Shown piece by piece: positions 33,696-44,300 of a stretch of DNA of 64,000 nucleotides; within the stretch, counting starts at the first letter, position 1, and the number at the start of each line of letters is the position of its first letter. The position numbers and the translations under genes were made by a program. The notes under the pieces are model-generated. The model was not told the DNA's origin. It made no database searches and saw nothing but the letters and a program-made list of their open reading frames with translations. The DNA is from Escherichia coli (lineage in GTDB: Bacteria; Pseudomonadota; Gammaproteobacteria; Enterobacterales; Enterobacteriaceae): assembly GCF_050920415.1 (NCBI RefSeq), contig NZ_CP169309.1; one strand, written 5' to 3'.

Positions 33696-34772
33696 ATGAA
33701 AGCACTGGCTCGGTTTGGCAAAGCCTTTGGCGGCTACAAGATGATCGATGTCCCACAACCCATTTGTGGCCCGGAAGATGTGGTGATTGAAATTAAAGCT
33801 GCGGCAATCTGCGGCGCAGACATGAAGCACTACAATGTCGATAGCGGTTCTGATGAGTTTAACTCTATCCGCGGCCATGAGTTCGCAGGTTGTATTGCGC
33901 AGGTTGGTGAAAAAGTCAAAGACTGGAAAGTGGGGCAACGCGTCGTGTCGGATAACAGCGGTCACGTTTGCGGCGTTTGTCCGGCCTGTGAACAAGGTGA
34001 TTTTCTGTGTTGTACAGAAAAAGTAAACCTTGGTCTGGATAACAATACGTGGGGCGGTGGTTTTTCCAAATATTGTCTGGTTCCTGGTGAAATTCTCAAA
34101 ATTCATCGTCATGCGTTGTGGGAAATCCCTGATGGTGTTGATTATGAGGACGCAGCCGTACTTGACCCTATCTGCAATGCCTACAAATCCATCGCGCAGC
34201 AATCGAAATTCCTCCCTGGTCAGGATGTAGTCGTCATCGGCACTGGCCCACTCGGGCTGTTCTCCGTACAAATGGCGCGGATTATGGGGGCGGTAAATAT
34301 CGTCGTCGTTGGTCTACAAGAAGATGTGGCGGTCCGCTTCCCGGTTGCAAAAGAACTGGGTGCGACGGCTGTAGTAAATGGTTCTACCGAAGATGTGGTG
34401 GCGCGCTGCCAGCAAATTTGTGGTAAAGACAATCTGGGACTGGTGATTGAATGCTCCGGTGCCAATATCGCACTTAAACAAGCCATCGAAATGCTCCGTC
34501 CGAACGGGGAAGTGGTACGCGTTGGAATGGGCTTCAAGCCTCTTGATTTCTCGATTAATGACATTACCGCCTGGAACAAAAGAATCATTGGGCATATGGC
34601 CTATGACTCCACCTCATGGCGTAACGCTCTCCGGCTATTAGCCAGCGGCGCTATCAAAGTCAAACCGATGATCACGCATCGTATCGGCCTGTCGCAATGG
34701 CGCGAAGGGTTTGATGCGATGGTCGATAAAACCGCAATCAAAGTGATCATGACTTACGACTTTGATGAATAA
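33696..34772 (+). CDS. ydjL: Zn-dependent medium-chain dehydrogenase YdjL
   Basis: ORF track 358 aa; GHEFAGCI zinc motif, GxGxxG. Confidence 0.85.
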   Translation: MKALARFGKAFGGYKMIDVPQPICGPEDVVIEIKAAAICGADMKHYNVDSGSDEFNSIRGHEFAGCIAQVGEKVKDWKVGQRVVSDNSGHVCGVCPACEQGDFLCCTEKVNLGLDNNTWGGGFSKYCLVPGEILKIHRHALWEIPDGVDYEDAAVLDPICNAYKSIAQQSKFLPGQDVVVIGTGPLGLFSVQMARIMGAVNIVVVGLQEDVAVRFPVAKELGATAVVNGSTEDVVARCQQICGKDNLGLVIECSGANIALKQAIEMLRPNGEVVRVGMGFKPLDFSINDITAWNKRIIGHMAYDSTSWRNALRLLASGAIKVKPMITHRIGLSQWREGFDAMVDKTAIKVIMTYDFDE

Positions 34773-34798
34773 CTACTCTCCTGAAGGAACGTTATCGC

Positions 34799-36178
34799 AT
34801 GGAACAGATAACAAAACCGCATTGTGGTGCACGGCTGGATCGCTTACCGGATTGCCGCTGGCATTCGTCAATGTTTGCTATCGTCGCGTTTGGCTTGCTT
34901 GTCTGCTGGAGTAATGCCGTTGGTGGCTTGATCCTCGCGCAGCTGAAAGAGTTGGGCTGGACAGATAATTCCACCACTGCCACATTCTCAGCAATCACGA
35001 CCGCCGGGATGTTTCTCGGTGCGCTGGTTGGCGGCATCATCGGTGACAAAACCGGTCGCAGAAATGCGTTCATCCTCTATGAGGCCATTCATATTGCCTC
35101 GATGGTTGTCGGTGCTTTTTCACCGAATATGGATTTCCTTATTGCCTGCCGTTTTGTGATGGGCGTTGGGCTGGGAGCTTTACTGGTGACGCTGTTTGCT
35201 GGTTTCACCGAATATATGCCCGGTAGAAATCGCGGAACATGGTCCAGTCGGGTTTCCTTTATTGGCAACTGGTCATATCCGCTCTGTTCATTGATTGCGA
35301 TGGGACTCACGCCGCTGATTAGTGCAGAGTGGAACTGGCGAGTACAACTGCTTATCCCTGCAATATTGTCGCTTATCGCTACGGCGCTGGCCTGGCGCTA
35401 CTTTCCTGAATCCCCGCGCTGGCTGGAATCGCGCGGACGGTATCAGGAAGCCGAGAAAGTCATGCGGAGTATAGAAGAAGACGTCATACGCCAGACGGGT
35501 AAACCTTTGCCGCCCGTGGTTATTGCTGATGACGGTAAAGCGCCACAAGCGGTGCCGTATTCAGCCTTACTGACAGGAGTATTACTGAACCGCGTGATAT
35601 TAGGTTCTTGTGTGCTGATTGCCATGAACGTTGTGCAGTACACACTAATTAACTGGTTGCCAACGATATTCATGACCCAGGGGATTAATTTAAAAGACTC
35701 GATTGTTTTAAATACCATGAGTATGTTTGGCGCGCCATTTGGTATTTTTATTGCCATGCTGGTGATGGATAAAATTCCGCGTAAAACAATGGGTGTGGGG
35801 CTATTAATCCTGATTGCGGTGCTCGGATATATCTATTCACTGCAAACCAGTATGTTGCTCATAACGCTGATTGGTTTCTTCCTGATTACTTTCGTCTATA
35901 TGTACGTTTGCTATGCCTCGGCAGTGTATGTCCCTGAGATCTGGCCGACAGAGGCCAAATTACGTGGCTCCGGTCTGGCGAATGCAGTAGGGCGAATCAG
36001 TGGTATTGCCGCACCTTATGCCGTTGCAGTGCTGCTCAGTAGTTATGGCGTAACGGGAGTCTTTATTCTTCTGGGGGCGGTTTCAATTATTGTCGCAATT
36101 GCTATCGCCACCATTGGAATTGAAACCAAAGGTGTCTCCGTTGAAAGTTTAAGTATTGATGCAGTAGTCAATAAATAA
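34799..36178 (+). CDS. ydjK: MFS sugar/metabolite transporter YdjK
   Basis: ORF track 459 aa; 12-TM MFS. Confidence 0.85.
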   Translation: MEQITKPHCGARLDRLPDCRWHSSMFAIVAFGLLVCWSNAVGGLILAQLKELGWTDNSTTATFSAITTAGMFLGALVGGIIGDKTGRRNAFILYEAIHIASMVVGAFSPNMDFLIACRFVMGVGLGALLVTLFAGFTEYMPGRNRGTWSSRVSFIGNWSYPLCSLIAMGLTPLISAEWNWRVQLLIPAILSLIATALAWRYFPESPRWLESRGRYQEAEKVMRSIEEDVIRQTGKPLPPVVIADDGKAPQAVPYSALLTGVLLNRVILGSCVLIAMNVVQYTLINWLPTIFMTQGINLKDSIVLNTMSMFGAPFGIFIAMLVMDKIPRKTMGVGLLILIAVLGYIYSLQTSMLLITLIGFFLITFVYMYVCYASAVYVPEIWPTEAKLRGSGLANAVGRISGIAAPYAVAVLLSSYGVTGVFILLGAVSIIVAIAIATIGIETKGVSVESLSIDAVVNK

Positions 36179-36194
36179 TACTGGTGGATTCAAA

Positions 36195-37238
36195 ATGAAA
36201 AATTCAAAAGCAATATTGCAGGTGCCGGGCACAATGAAAATTATTTCAGCAGAAATACCTGTGCCTAAAGAAGATGAAGTTTTGATTAAAGTAGAATATG
36301 TCGGTATTTGTGGTTCAGATGTACATGGTTTTGAATCAGGCCCGTTTATTCCGCCTAAAGACCCAAATCAAGAAATTGGCCTGGGTCATGAATGCGCCGG
36401 GACGGTTGTGGCTGTGGGAAGCCGTGTGCGCAAATTTAAAGCGGGGGATCGGGTAAATATCGAACCTGGCGTTCCTTGCGGTCACTGTCGTTACTGTCTG
36501 GAAGGCAAATATAACATCTGTCCGGACGTTGATTTTATGGCGACACAACCCAACTACCGCGGCGCATTAACGCACTATCTGTGTCATCCGGAGAGCTTTA
36601 CTTACAAACTGCCCGACAATATGGACACGATGGAAGGGGCGCTGGTGGAGCCTGCTGCAGTCGGTATGCATGCCGCGATGCTGGCAGATGTTAAACCGGG
36701 TAAGAAGATAATTATTCTGGGAGCGGGTTGTATTGGTTTGATGACGTTGCAAGCATGCAAATGCCTGGGAGCTACGGATATTGCCGTCGTTGATGTACTG
36801 GAAAAACGTCTGACAATGGCGGAACAGCTCGGCGCGACAGTGGTTATTAACGGCGCAAAAGAAGACACTATTGCACGTTGTCAGCAATTTACCGAAGAAA
36901 TGGGCGCAGATATTGTTTTCGAAACAGCGGGTTCTGCGGTCACCGTTAAACAGGCACCTTATCTGGTAATGCGCGGCGGTAAAATTATGATTGTTGGTAC
37001 TGTACCGGGCGATTCGGCAATCAATTTCCTCAAAATCAATCGCGAAGTCACTATCCAGACAGTATTCCGCTATGCCAATCGTTATCCGGTCACGATTGAA
37101 GCTATTTCCTCAGGGCGATTCGATGTGAAATCGATGGTGACACATATTTACGATTATCAGGATGTACAACAGGCATTTGAAGAGTCGGTTAACAACAAAC
37201 GCGACATTATTAAAGGCGTTATTAAAATTAGCGATTAA
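36195..37238 (+). CDS. ydjJ: Zn-dependent medium-chain dehydrogenase YdjJ
   Basis: ORF track 347 aa; GHECAGTV zinc motif. Confidence 0.85.
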   Translation: MKNSKAILQVPGTMKIISAEIPVPKEDEVLIKVEYVGICGSDVHGFESGPFIPPKDPNQEIGLGHECAGTVVAVGSRVRKFKAGDRVNIEPGVPCGHCRYCLEGKYNICPDVDFMATQPNYRGALTHYLCHPESFTYKLPDNMDTMEGALVEPAAVGMHAAMLADVKPGKKIIILGAGCIGLMTLQACKCLGATDIAVVDVLEKRLTMAEQLGATVVINGAKEDTIARCQQFTEEMGADIVFETAGSAVTVKQAPYLVMRGGKIMIVGTVPGDSAINFLKINREVTIQTVFRYANRYPVTIEAISSGRFDVKSMVTHIYDYQDVQQAFEESVNNKRDIIKGVIKISD

Positions 37239-37258
37239 TTAATACGGGAGAACAGAAT

Positions 37259-38095
37259 ATGCTCGCAGATATCAGATATTGGGAAAACGATGCCACAAAT
37301 AAACATTATGCAATTGCCCATTTTAATGTATGGAATGCAGAAATGTTGATGGGCGTTATCGACGCAGCCGAAGAAGCGAAATCACCGGTTATTATTTCTT
37401 TTGGTACAGGTTTTGTCGGGAACACCTCATTTGAAGATTTCTCTCACATGATGGTATCAATGGCAAAAAAAGCAACGGTGCCGGTAATAACTCATTGGGA
37501 TCATGGTCGGAGTATGGAAATTATTCATAACGCCTGGACTCATGGTATGAATTCATTAATGCGTGATGCTTCCGCATTTGATTTCGAAGAAAATATTCGT
37601 TTAACCAAAGAGGCTGTTGATTTCTTCCATCCGCTGGGTATTCCGGTAGAGGCAGAATTAGGGCATGTCGGTAATGAAACCGTTTATGAAGAAGCGCTGG
37701 CGGGCTATCACTATACCGATCCTGACCAGGCGGCTGAATTTGTTGAACGTACGGGCTGTGACTCATTGGCTGTCGCCATCGGCAACCAGCATGGGGTTTA
37801 TACGTCAGAGCCACAATTGAACTTTGAGGTCGTCAAACGCGTACGCGATGCCGTTTCTGTTCCGCTGGTTTTGCACGGCGCATCGGGGATCAGTGATGCC
37901 GACATTAAAACTGCAATTTCGTTGGGTATCGCGAAAATCAACATTCATACGGAGCTCTGTCAGGCCGCAATGGTAGCAGTGAAAGAAAACCAGGATCAGC
38001 CTTTCCTGCATTTAGAACGTGAAGTACGTAAAGCTGTAAAAGAACGGGCATTGGAAAAAATTAAACTGTTCGGTTCTGATGGCAAAGCGGAATAA
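37259..38095 (+). CDS. ydjI: Class II (metal-dependent) aldolase YdjI
   Basis: ORF track 278 aa; FBA/tagatose-bisphosphate aldolase class II-like. Confidence 0.85.
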   Translation: MLADIRYWENDATNKHYAIAHFNVWNAEMLMGVIDAAEEAKSPVIISFGTGFVGNTSFEDFSHMMVSMAKKATVPVITHWDHGRSMEIIHNAWTHGMNSLMRDASAFDFEENIRLTKEAVDFFHPLGIPVEAELGHVGNETVYEEALAGYHYTDPDQAAEFVERTGCDSLAVAIGNQHGVYTSEPQLNFEVVKRVRDAVSVPLVLHGASGISDADIKTAISLGIAKINIHTELCQAAMVAVKENQDQPFLHLEREVRKAVKERALEKIKLFGSDGKAE

Positions 38096-38099
38096 TGAT

Positions 38100-39047
38100 A
38101 TGGATAATCTCGACGTTATTTGTATAGGTGCCGCTATTGTTGATATTCCATTGCAACCGGTCAGTAAAAATATCTTTGATGTGGATTCTTATCCTCTTGA
38201 AAGAATCGCAATGACCACCGGGGGTGATGCAATAAATGAAGCAACAATTATTTCTCGCCTGGGCCATCGCACAGCATTAATGAGTCGTATTGGTAAAGAT
38301 GCCGCCGGGCAATTTATTCTCGACCATTGTCGCAAAGAGAATATTGATATTCAAAGCCTGAAGCAGGACGTCAGCATAGATACCTCTATTAACGTTGGAC
38401 TGGTGACGGAGGATGGCGAGCGGACGTTTGTCACAAACCGTAACGGCAGTCTGTGGAAATTGAATATTGACGATGTTGATTTTTCGCGGTTTTCTCAGGC
38501 GAAATTATTATCTCTGGCCAGTATTTTCAACAGTCCTCTATTGGATGGTAAAGCGCTAACAGAAATTTTTACGCAAGCTAAAGCCCGGCAGATGATTATC
38601 TGTGCCGATATGATCAAACCGCGGTTGAATGAAACGCTGGATGATATTTGCGAAGCATTGAGTTATGTCGATTATCTGTTTCCTAATTTTGCCGAGGCAA
38701 AATTACTCACTGGGAAAGAGACACTGGATGAAATTGCTGACTGCTTTCTTGCGTGCGGCGTAAAAACGGTGGTGATTAAAACGGGTAAAGACGGCTGCTT
38801 TATCAAGCGTGGTGACATGACGATGAAGGTGCCGGCGGTCGCAGGAATAACCGCCATCGACACTATTGGCGCAGGCGATAACTTTGCTTCTGGCTTTATA
38901 GCGGCTCTGTTAGAAGACAAAAATCTGCGTGAATGCGCACGCTTTGCCAATGCAACGGCGGCTATCTCGGTTCTAAGCGTCGGTGCCACCACCGGTGTAA
39001 AAAACAGAAAGCTGGTCGAACAATTGCTGGAAGAATACGAAGGATAA
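38100..39047 (+). CDS. ydjH: PfkB-family sugar kinase YdjH (about 315 aa)
   Basis: ORF track 38079..39047; GAGD motif (DTIGAGDNFASG); start trimmed to MDNLDVICIG. Confidence 0.85.
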   Translation: MDNLDVICIGAAIVDIPLQPVSKNIFDVDSYPLERIAMTTGGDAINEATIISRLGHRTALMSRIGKDAAGQFILDHCRKENIDIQSLKQDVSIDTSINVGLVTEDGERTFVTNRNGSLWKLNIDDVDFSRFSQAKLLSLASIFNSPLLDGKALTEIFTQAKARQMIICADMIKPRLNETLDDICEALSYVDYLFPNFAEAKLLTGKETLDEIADCFLACGVKTVVIKTGKDGCFIKRGDMTMKVPAVAGITAIDTIGAGDNFASGFIAALLEDKNLRECARFANATAAISVLSVGATTGVKNRKLVEQLLEEYEG

Positions 39048-39056
39048 TGAAGGCAA

Positions 39057-40037
39057 ATGAAAAAGATACCTTTAGGCACAACGGATATAACGCTTTCGCG
39101 AATGGGGTTGGGGACATGGGCCATTGGCGGCGGTCCTGCATGGAATGGCGATCTCGATCGGCAAATATGTATTGATACGATTCTTGAAGCCCATCGTTGC
39201 GGCATTAACCTGATTGATACTGCGCCAGGATATAACTTTGGCAATAGTGAGGTTATCGTCGGTCAGGCGTTAAAAAAACTGCCCCGTGAACAGGTTGTAG
39301 TAGAAACCAAATGCGGCATTGTCTGGGAACGAAAAGGGAGTTTATTCAACAAAGTTGGCGATCGGCAGTTGTATAAAAACCTTTCCCCGGAATCTATCCG
39401 CGAAGAGGTAGAAGCCAGCTTGCAACGTCTGGGTATTGATTACATCGATATCTACATGACGCACTGGCAGTCGGTGCCGCCATTTTTTACGCCGATAGCT
39501 GAAACTGTCGCAGTGCTCAATGAGTTAAAGGCCGAAGGGAAAATTCGCGCTATAGGCGCTGCTAACGTCGATGCTGACCATATCCGCGAGTATCTGCAAT
39601 ATGGTGAACTGGATATTATTCAGGCGAAATACAGTATCCTCGACCGGGCAATGGAAAGCGAACTGCTGCCGCTATGTCGTGATAATGGCATTGTGTTACA
39701 GGTTTATTCCCCGCTAGAGCAGGGATTGTTGACCGGTACCATCACTCGTGATTATGTTCCGGGCGGCGCTCGGGCAAATAAAGTCTGGTTCCAGCGTGAA
39801 AACATGCTGAAAGTGATTGATATGCTTGAACAGTGGCAGCCACTCTGTGCTCGTTATCAGTGCACAATTCCCACTCTGGCACTGGCGTGGATATTAAAAC
39901 AGAGTGATTTAATCTCCATTCTTAGTGGGGCTACTGCGCCGGAACAGGTACGTGAAAATGTCGCGGCACTGAATATCAACTTATCGGATGCAGACGCAAC
40001 ATTGATGAGGGAAATGGCAGAGGCTCTGGAGCGTTAA
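39057..40037 (+). CDS. ydjG: Aldo-keto reductase YdjG
   Basis: ORF track 326 aa. Confidence 0.85.
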   Translation: MKKIPLGTTDITLSRMGLGTWAIGGGPAWNGDLDRQICIDTILEAHRCGINLIDTAPGYNFGNSEVIVGQALKKLPREQVVVETKCGIVWERKGSLFNKVGDRQLYKNLSPESIREEVEASLQRLGIDYIDIYMTHWQSVPPFFTPIAETVAVLNELKAEGKIRAIGAANVDADHIREYLQYGELDIIQAKYSILDRAMESELLPLCRDNGIVLQVYSPLEQGLLTGTITRDYVPGGARANKVWFQRENMLKVIDMLEQWQPLCARYQCTIPTLALAWILKQSDLISILSGATAPEQVRENVAALNINLSDADATLMREMAEALER

Positions 40038-40173
40038 ATACTCAACACGATTCACCTCTGTTTCTGTGAAAACTGTGATGAAAATCTGTGATTCAAACAG
40101 GTTATTTTGAAAGTAAACATCGGTTATGCGATAATCGCGCTAATGTGATGTAAAAAGATACAGGGGTGTAATC

Positions 40174-40932
40174 GTGGCGGCAAAAGACAGGATTCAGGCA
40201 ATTAAGCAAATGGTTGCCAACGATAAAAAGGTGACAGTCTCAAATTTGAGTGGGATTTTTCAGGTAACCGAAGAAACCATTCGCCGCGATCTTGAGAAGC
40301 TGGAAGATGAAGGCTTTTTGACCAGAACCTATGGTGGTGCTGTTTTAAATACAGCGATGTTGACGGAGAATATCCATTTTTATAAGCGCGCTTCATCGTT
40401 TTATGAAGAGAAGCAGCTTATTGCACGCAAGGCACTACCCTTTATCGACAATAAAACCACTATGGCAGCCGATTCCAGTAGTACCGTTATGGAATTGCTC
40501 AAATTGTTGCAGGACCGTAGTGACCTGACGTTGCTAACTAACTCGGCGGAAGCGATTCATGTTCTGGCTCAATCAGAAATTAAAGTCGTTTCAACGGGGG
40601 GGGAACTAAACAAAAATACACTTTCCCTGCAAGGAAGAATTACTAAAGAGATCATCAGCCGCTACCATGTCGATATCATGGTAATGAGTTGTAAAGGTCT
40701 TGATATTAACAGCGGCGCGCTGGACTCTAACGAAGCGGAAGCTGAAATCAAAAAGACAATGATCCGTCAGGCGACAGAAGTTGCGTTATTGGTTGATCAC
40801 TCTAAGTTTGATCGCAAAGCTTTTGTCCAGTTAGCTGACTTTAGTCATATTAATTACATAATAACTGATAAATCACCGGGTGCAGAGTGGATAGCATTTT
40901 GCAAAGACAATAATATCCAGCTGGTGTGGTAA
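40174..40932 (+). CDS. ydjF: DeoR-family transcriptional regulator YdjF, GTG start
   Basis: ORF track 252 aa; N-terminal HTH, DeoR C-terminal sugar-phosphate-binding domain. Confidence 0.85.
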   Translation: MAAKDRIQAIKQMVANDKKVTVSNLSGIFQVTEETIRRDLEKLEDEGFLTRTYGGAVLNTAMLTENIHFYKRASSFYEEKQLIARKALPFIDNKTTMAADSSSTVMELLKLLQDRSDLTLLTNSAEAIHVLAQSEIKVVSTGGELNKNTLSLQGRITKEIISRYHVDIMVMSCKGLDINSGALDSNEAEAEIKKTMIRQATEVALLVDHSKFDRKAFVQLADFSHINYIITDKSPGAEWIAFCKDNNIQLVW

Positions 40933-41049
40933 TTTAAGCACACGTTGTCAATATTATTTGTTCCTGCGCCTGGAAAATAAAATGATGATAAAGATGCGGC
41001 AAGTGAATTTGCCGCAATTGCTACCTTTTTAGCAAATCCGAGGCACCTA

Positions 41050-42408
41050 ATGGAACAATATGATCAAATTGGCGCAAGACTGGACCGCTTGCCTTTGGCC
41101 CGGTTTCATTATCGTATATTTGGTATTATAAGCTTTAGTCTGTTATTAACGGGTTTTTTGAGTTATTCAGGCAATGTTGTTTTAGCAAAGCTGGTAAGCA
41201 ATGGATGGTCAAATAATTTCCTCAATGCCGCCTTTACCTCGGCATTAATGTTTGGTTATTTCATCGGCTCTCTTACCGGTGGGTTCATCGGTGATTATTT
41301 TGGGCGGCGCAGGGCTTTTCGCATAAATCTTCTCATCGTCGGTATTGCGGCAACAGGGGCCGCTTTTGTCCCTGATATGTACTGGCTCATTTTCTTTCGC
41401 TTCCTGATGGGCACAGGAATGGGGGCGCTGATTATGGTTGGCTATGCTTCGTTTACGGAGTTTATCCCCGCGACGGTGCGTGGAAAATGGTCCGCGCGGC
41501 TGTCATTTGTCGGTAACTGGTCGCCCATGCTGTCTGCGGCGATAGGCGTGGTGGTTATCGCTTTTTTTAGTTGGCGGATAATGTTTCTGCTGGGTGGTAT
41601 TGGCATACTGTTAGCCTGGTTTCTCTCAGGTAAATACTTTATTGAGTCGCCTCGATGGTTGGCGGGGAAAGGACAAATCGCAGGTGCAGAAAGCCAACTT
41701 CGTGAAGTAGAGCAGCAAATTGAAAGAGAGAAGAGTGTTCGTTTACCCCCGCTTACTTTGAATCAGAGCAACAGCAAGGCTAACGTAATCAATGGTACTT
41801 TCTGGCTGCTGTTTAAAGGGGAAATGTTACGACGTACATTAGTTGCGATTACTGTTTTAATTGCAATGAACATTTCACTTTATACCATCACCGTATGGAT
41901 ACCGACCATATTTGTTAACTCCGGTATTGATGTTGATAAATCAATATTAATGACTGCTGTTATTATGATTGGCGCTCCGGTAGGTATATTTATTGCGGCA
42001 TTAATTATTGATCATTTTCCTCGTCGATTATTTGGCTCCGCCTTGCTTATTATTATTGCCATGTTAGGCTATATCTATTCAATTCAGACTACAGAGTGGG
42101 CGATTTTAATCTATGGCCTGGTGATGATCTTCTTTTTATACATGTATGTTTGCTTCGCGTCGGCGGTTTATATCCCGGAGCTTTGGCCAACGCATTTACG
42201 CCTGCGCGGTTCGGGTTTCGTTAATGCCGTCGGACGGATCGTCGCGGTCTTCACGCCTTATGGCGTTGCGGCACTATTAACGCATTATGGGTCAATCACG
42301 GTGTTTATGGTGCTTGGCGTGATGTTAGTGCTCTGTGCGCTGGTTCTCTCCATTTTTGGCATCGAAACGCGGAAGGTGTCGCTGGAAGAGATTTCTGAGG
42401 TGAATTAA
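41050..42408 (+). CDS. ydjE: MFS transporter YdjE
   Basis: ORF track 452 aa; paralogous to ydjK. Confidence 0.85.
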   Translation: MEQYDQIGARLDRLPLARFHYRIFGIISFSLLLTGFLSYSGNVVLAKLVSNGWSNNFLNAAFTSALMFGYFIGSLTGGFIGDYFGRRRAFRINLLIVGIAATGAAFVPDMYWLIFFRFLMGTGMGALIMVGYASFTEFIPATVRGKWSARLSFVGNWSPMLSAAIGVVVIAFFSWRIMFLLGGIGILLAWFLSGKYFIESPRWLAGKGQIAGAESQLREVEQQIEREKSVRLPPLTLNQSNSKANVINGTFWLLFKGEMLRRTLVAITVLIAMNISLYTITVWIPTIFVNSGIDVDKSILMTAVIMIGAPVGIFIAALIIDHFPRRLFGSALLIIIAMLGYIYSIQTTEWAILIYGLVMIFFLYMYVCFASAVYIPELWPTHLRLRGSGFVNAVGRIVAVFTPYGVAALLTHYGSITVFMVLGVMLVLCALVLSIFGIETRKVSLEEISEVN

Positions 42409-42430
42409 ATCTTTCGTTGATGGCGTCAAT

Positions 42431-42496
42431 TGCCAGATGTACCACTGACGTGTTTTATCTGGCCTACAATGGCAGTACAGAATTGTAGGCCAGCAT
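42431..42496. repeat. REP-type palindromic element(s) between ydjE and pncA
   Basis: TGCCAGATG...TTATCTGGCCTAC followed by inverted ATTGTAGGCCAGCAT; resembles E. coli REP consensus ending CTTATCNGGCCTAC. Confidence 0.55.
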
Positions 42497-42500
42497 AAAA

Positions 42501-43142
42501 TTACTCCTGCGTCTCTTCCCAGTCTGCCAGCGTATATAGCGTTGCCCCAGCTGCTGACATCTCCATAAACGCGTGCGCACTGTCCTGTGGCTGGATATTC
42601 ACGCCACGACAACCATCGGTAATCACATTAACCTTATAACCTAACTGTAACGCGTCCAGCACGGTAAACTTCACGCAATAGTCAGTAGCCAGGCCCATAA
42701 TGATCAATTCATCGATTTCATGATCGCGTAACCAGTCATCGAGCGTGGTTTTCTGCCGACGGCCGTTATCAAAAAAGGCACTGTAACTGTCAACTAAAGG
42801 ATTTTCGCCTTTATGGAACACCGCTGCGATCGCTTTTTGGTTCAGTAACGGATGTAATTGTGCGCCTTCACTGTTCTGCACACAGTGATCTGGCCAGAAG
42901 GTTTGTGGCAAACCGTCGAGTTGGCCTGGCGTATAAGGCTCTACACCGTGCTGACTGGCAAAACTGCCGTGATTCGCCGGGTGCCAGTCTTGACTGGCGA
43001 TAACCGCTTCACCGCGCGACTGGCACCAGTCAATCAGGCGGTTAGCGACATCCACCGTACTGTCACCTTCCGGCACGGCGAGCGCGCCACCAGCACAGAA
43101 ATCATTTTGTAAATCGACCAGTAACAGGGCGCGAGGGGGCAT
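42501..43142 (-). CDS. pncA: Nicotinamidase/pyrazinamidase PncA (about 213 aa)
   Basis: ORF track 42501..43160; isochorismatase-fold; start trimmed to MPPRALLLVD. Confidence 0.9.
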   Translation of the reverse strand: MPPRALLLVDLQNDFCAGGALAVPEGDSTVDVANRLIDWCQSRGEAVIASQDWHPANHGSFASQHGVEPYTPGQLDGLPQTFWPDHCVQNSEGAQLHPLLNQKAIAAVFHKGENPLVDSYSAFFDNGRRQKTTLDDWLRDHEIDELIIMGLATDYCVKFTVLDALQLGYKVNVITDGCRGVNIQPQDSAHAFMEMSAAGATLYTLADWEETQE

Positions 43143-43152
43143 TGCAGTCTCC

Positions 43153-44169
43153 TTAATCATCCGGCGTCAGTTCGCCGCGCAGGTTTTGGCTCATGGCCTT
43201 GCGAATGGTTTCAGTATCCAGTTCCTGGCTAAGCAGGTAATGCAGTTTTGTTAGCGTAGCTTCTACTGTCATATCAGCTCCACCAATGACGCCGGCATGG
43301 GCGAGGGCGTTACCGGTGGCATAACCCCCCATGTTCACTTTACCGGACATACATTGTGTCAGGTTGACTACCACAATTCCGCGATCGCTGGCTTCTTGTA
43401 ATTCTTGCAGGAAGGCTTTGTTTTGTGGCGCATTACCCACGCCATATGAGCGCAGAATCAATGCTTTCACCGGTTGGCGCAGAAAATTGCGCACGACGTC
43501 AGCAGAAATCCCCGGATAAATCGTCACTACGCCAATTGGTTGTGGGGTGATTGGATGAACGATCAATTCCCCTTCACCGTGCGGGGCGGGGGGCGTATTC
43601 AAACGACGAATATGGATACCTGCTTCCAGTAACGGAGGAAGGTTTGGAGAGGCAAACGCATCAAAACCATCGGCATGGGCTTTGGTGGTACGGTTGCCAC
43701 GATAAAGTCGATTATTAAAAAAGAGAGTTACTTCGTTGATAGGATAATTCGCCGCAACGTACAACGCATTCAGCAGATTAATTTGTCCGTCAGAGCGTAA
43801 CTCAGCCAGCGGGATTTGTGACCCTGTCACAATGACCGGTTTACCGAGATTCTCGAGCATGAACGACAGCGCAGAGGCGGTATACGCCATCGTGTCGGTG
43901 CCGTGCAGAATGACAAAACCATCATAGTCGTCATAATGCGCTTTAATATCTTCAGCAATATGCTGCCAGTCTTCTGGCGTCATATCTGAAGAGTCCATCA
44001 GCGGCGTATATTCATGAATGGTGAAATCTGGCATCTCCGGGCGATGGAATTCCGGCATCAGCGCCAGTTGGCGTTGTAGATGACCTGACACCGGAATATA
44101 ACCCTGCTCGGAACGCTGCATCCCGATGGTCCCGCCCGTGTAGGCGACGTAAATTGATTTCTTTTGCAT
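43153..44169 (-). CDS. ansA: Cytoplasmic L-asparaginase I
   Basis: ORF track 338 aa; asparaginase family. Confidence 0.9.
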   Translation of the reverse strand: MQKKSIYVAYTGGTIGMQRSEQGYIPVSGHLQRQLALMPEFHRPEMPDFTIHEYTPLMDSSDMTPEDWQHIAEDIKAHYDDYDGFVILHGTDTMAYTASALSFMLENLGKPVIVTGSQIPLAELRSDGQINLLNALYVAANYPINEVTLFFNNRLYRGNRTTKAHADGFDAFASPNLPPLLEAGIHIRRLNTPPAPHGEGELIVHPITPQPIGVVTIYPGISADVVRNFLRQPVKALILRSYGVGNAPQNKAFLQELQEASDRGIVVVNLTQCMSGKVNMGGYATGNALAHAGVIGGADMTVEATLTKLHYLLSQELDTETIRKAMSQNLRGELTPDD

Positions 44170-44300
44170 GATATTGATATGAATGATATCGAAAGAGCAA
44201 AAGTATATACGTGAGGGGCAGCGAGCGCACCTGGATACTCTGTGGATATGAGAAAAGTCCGGCAGAACGGAGGGATTAGTGTCCCGCCGGAGAAAAGTGG

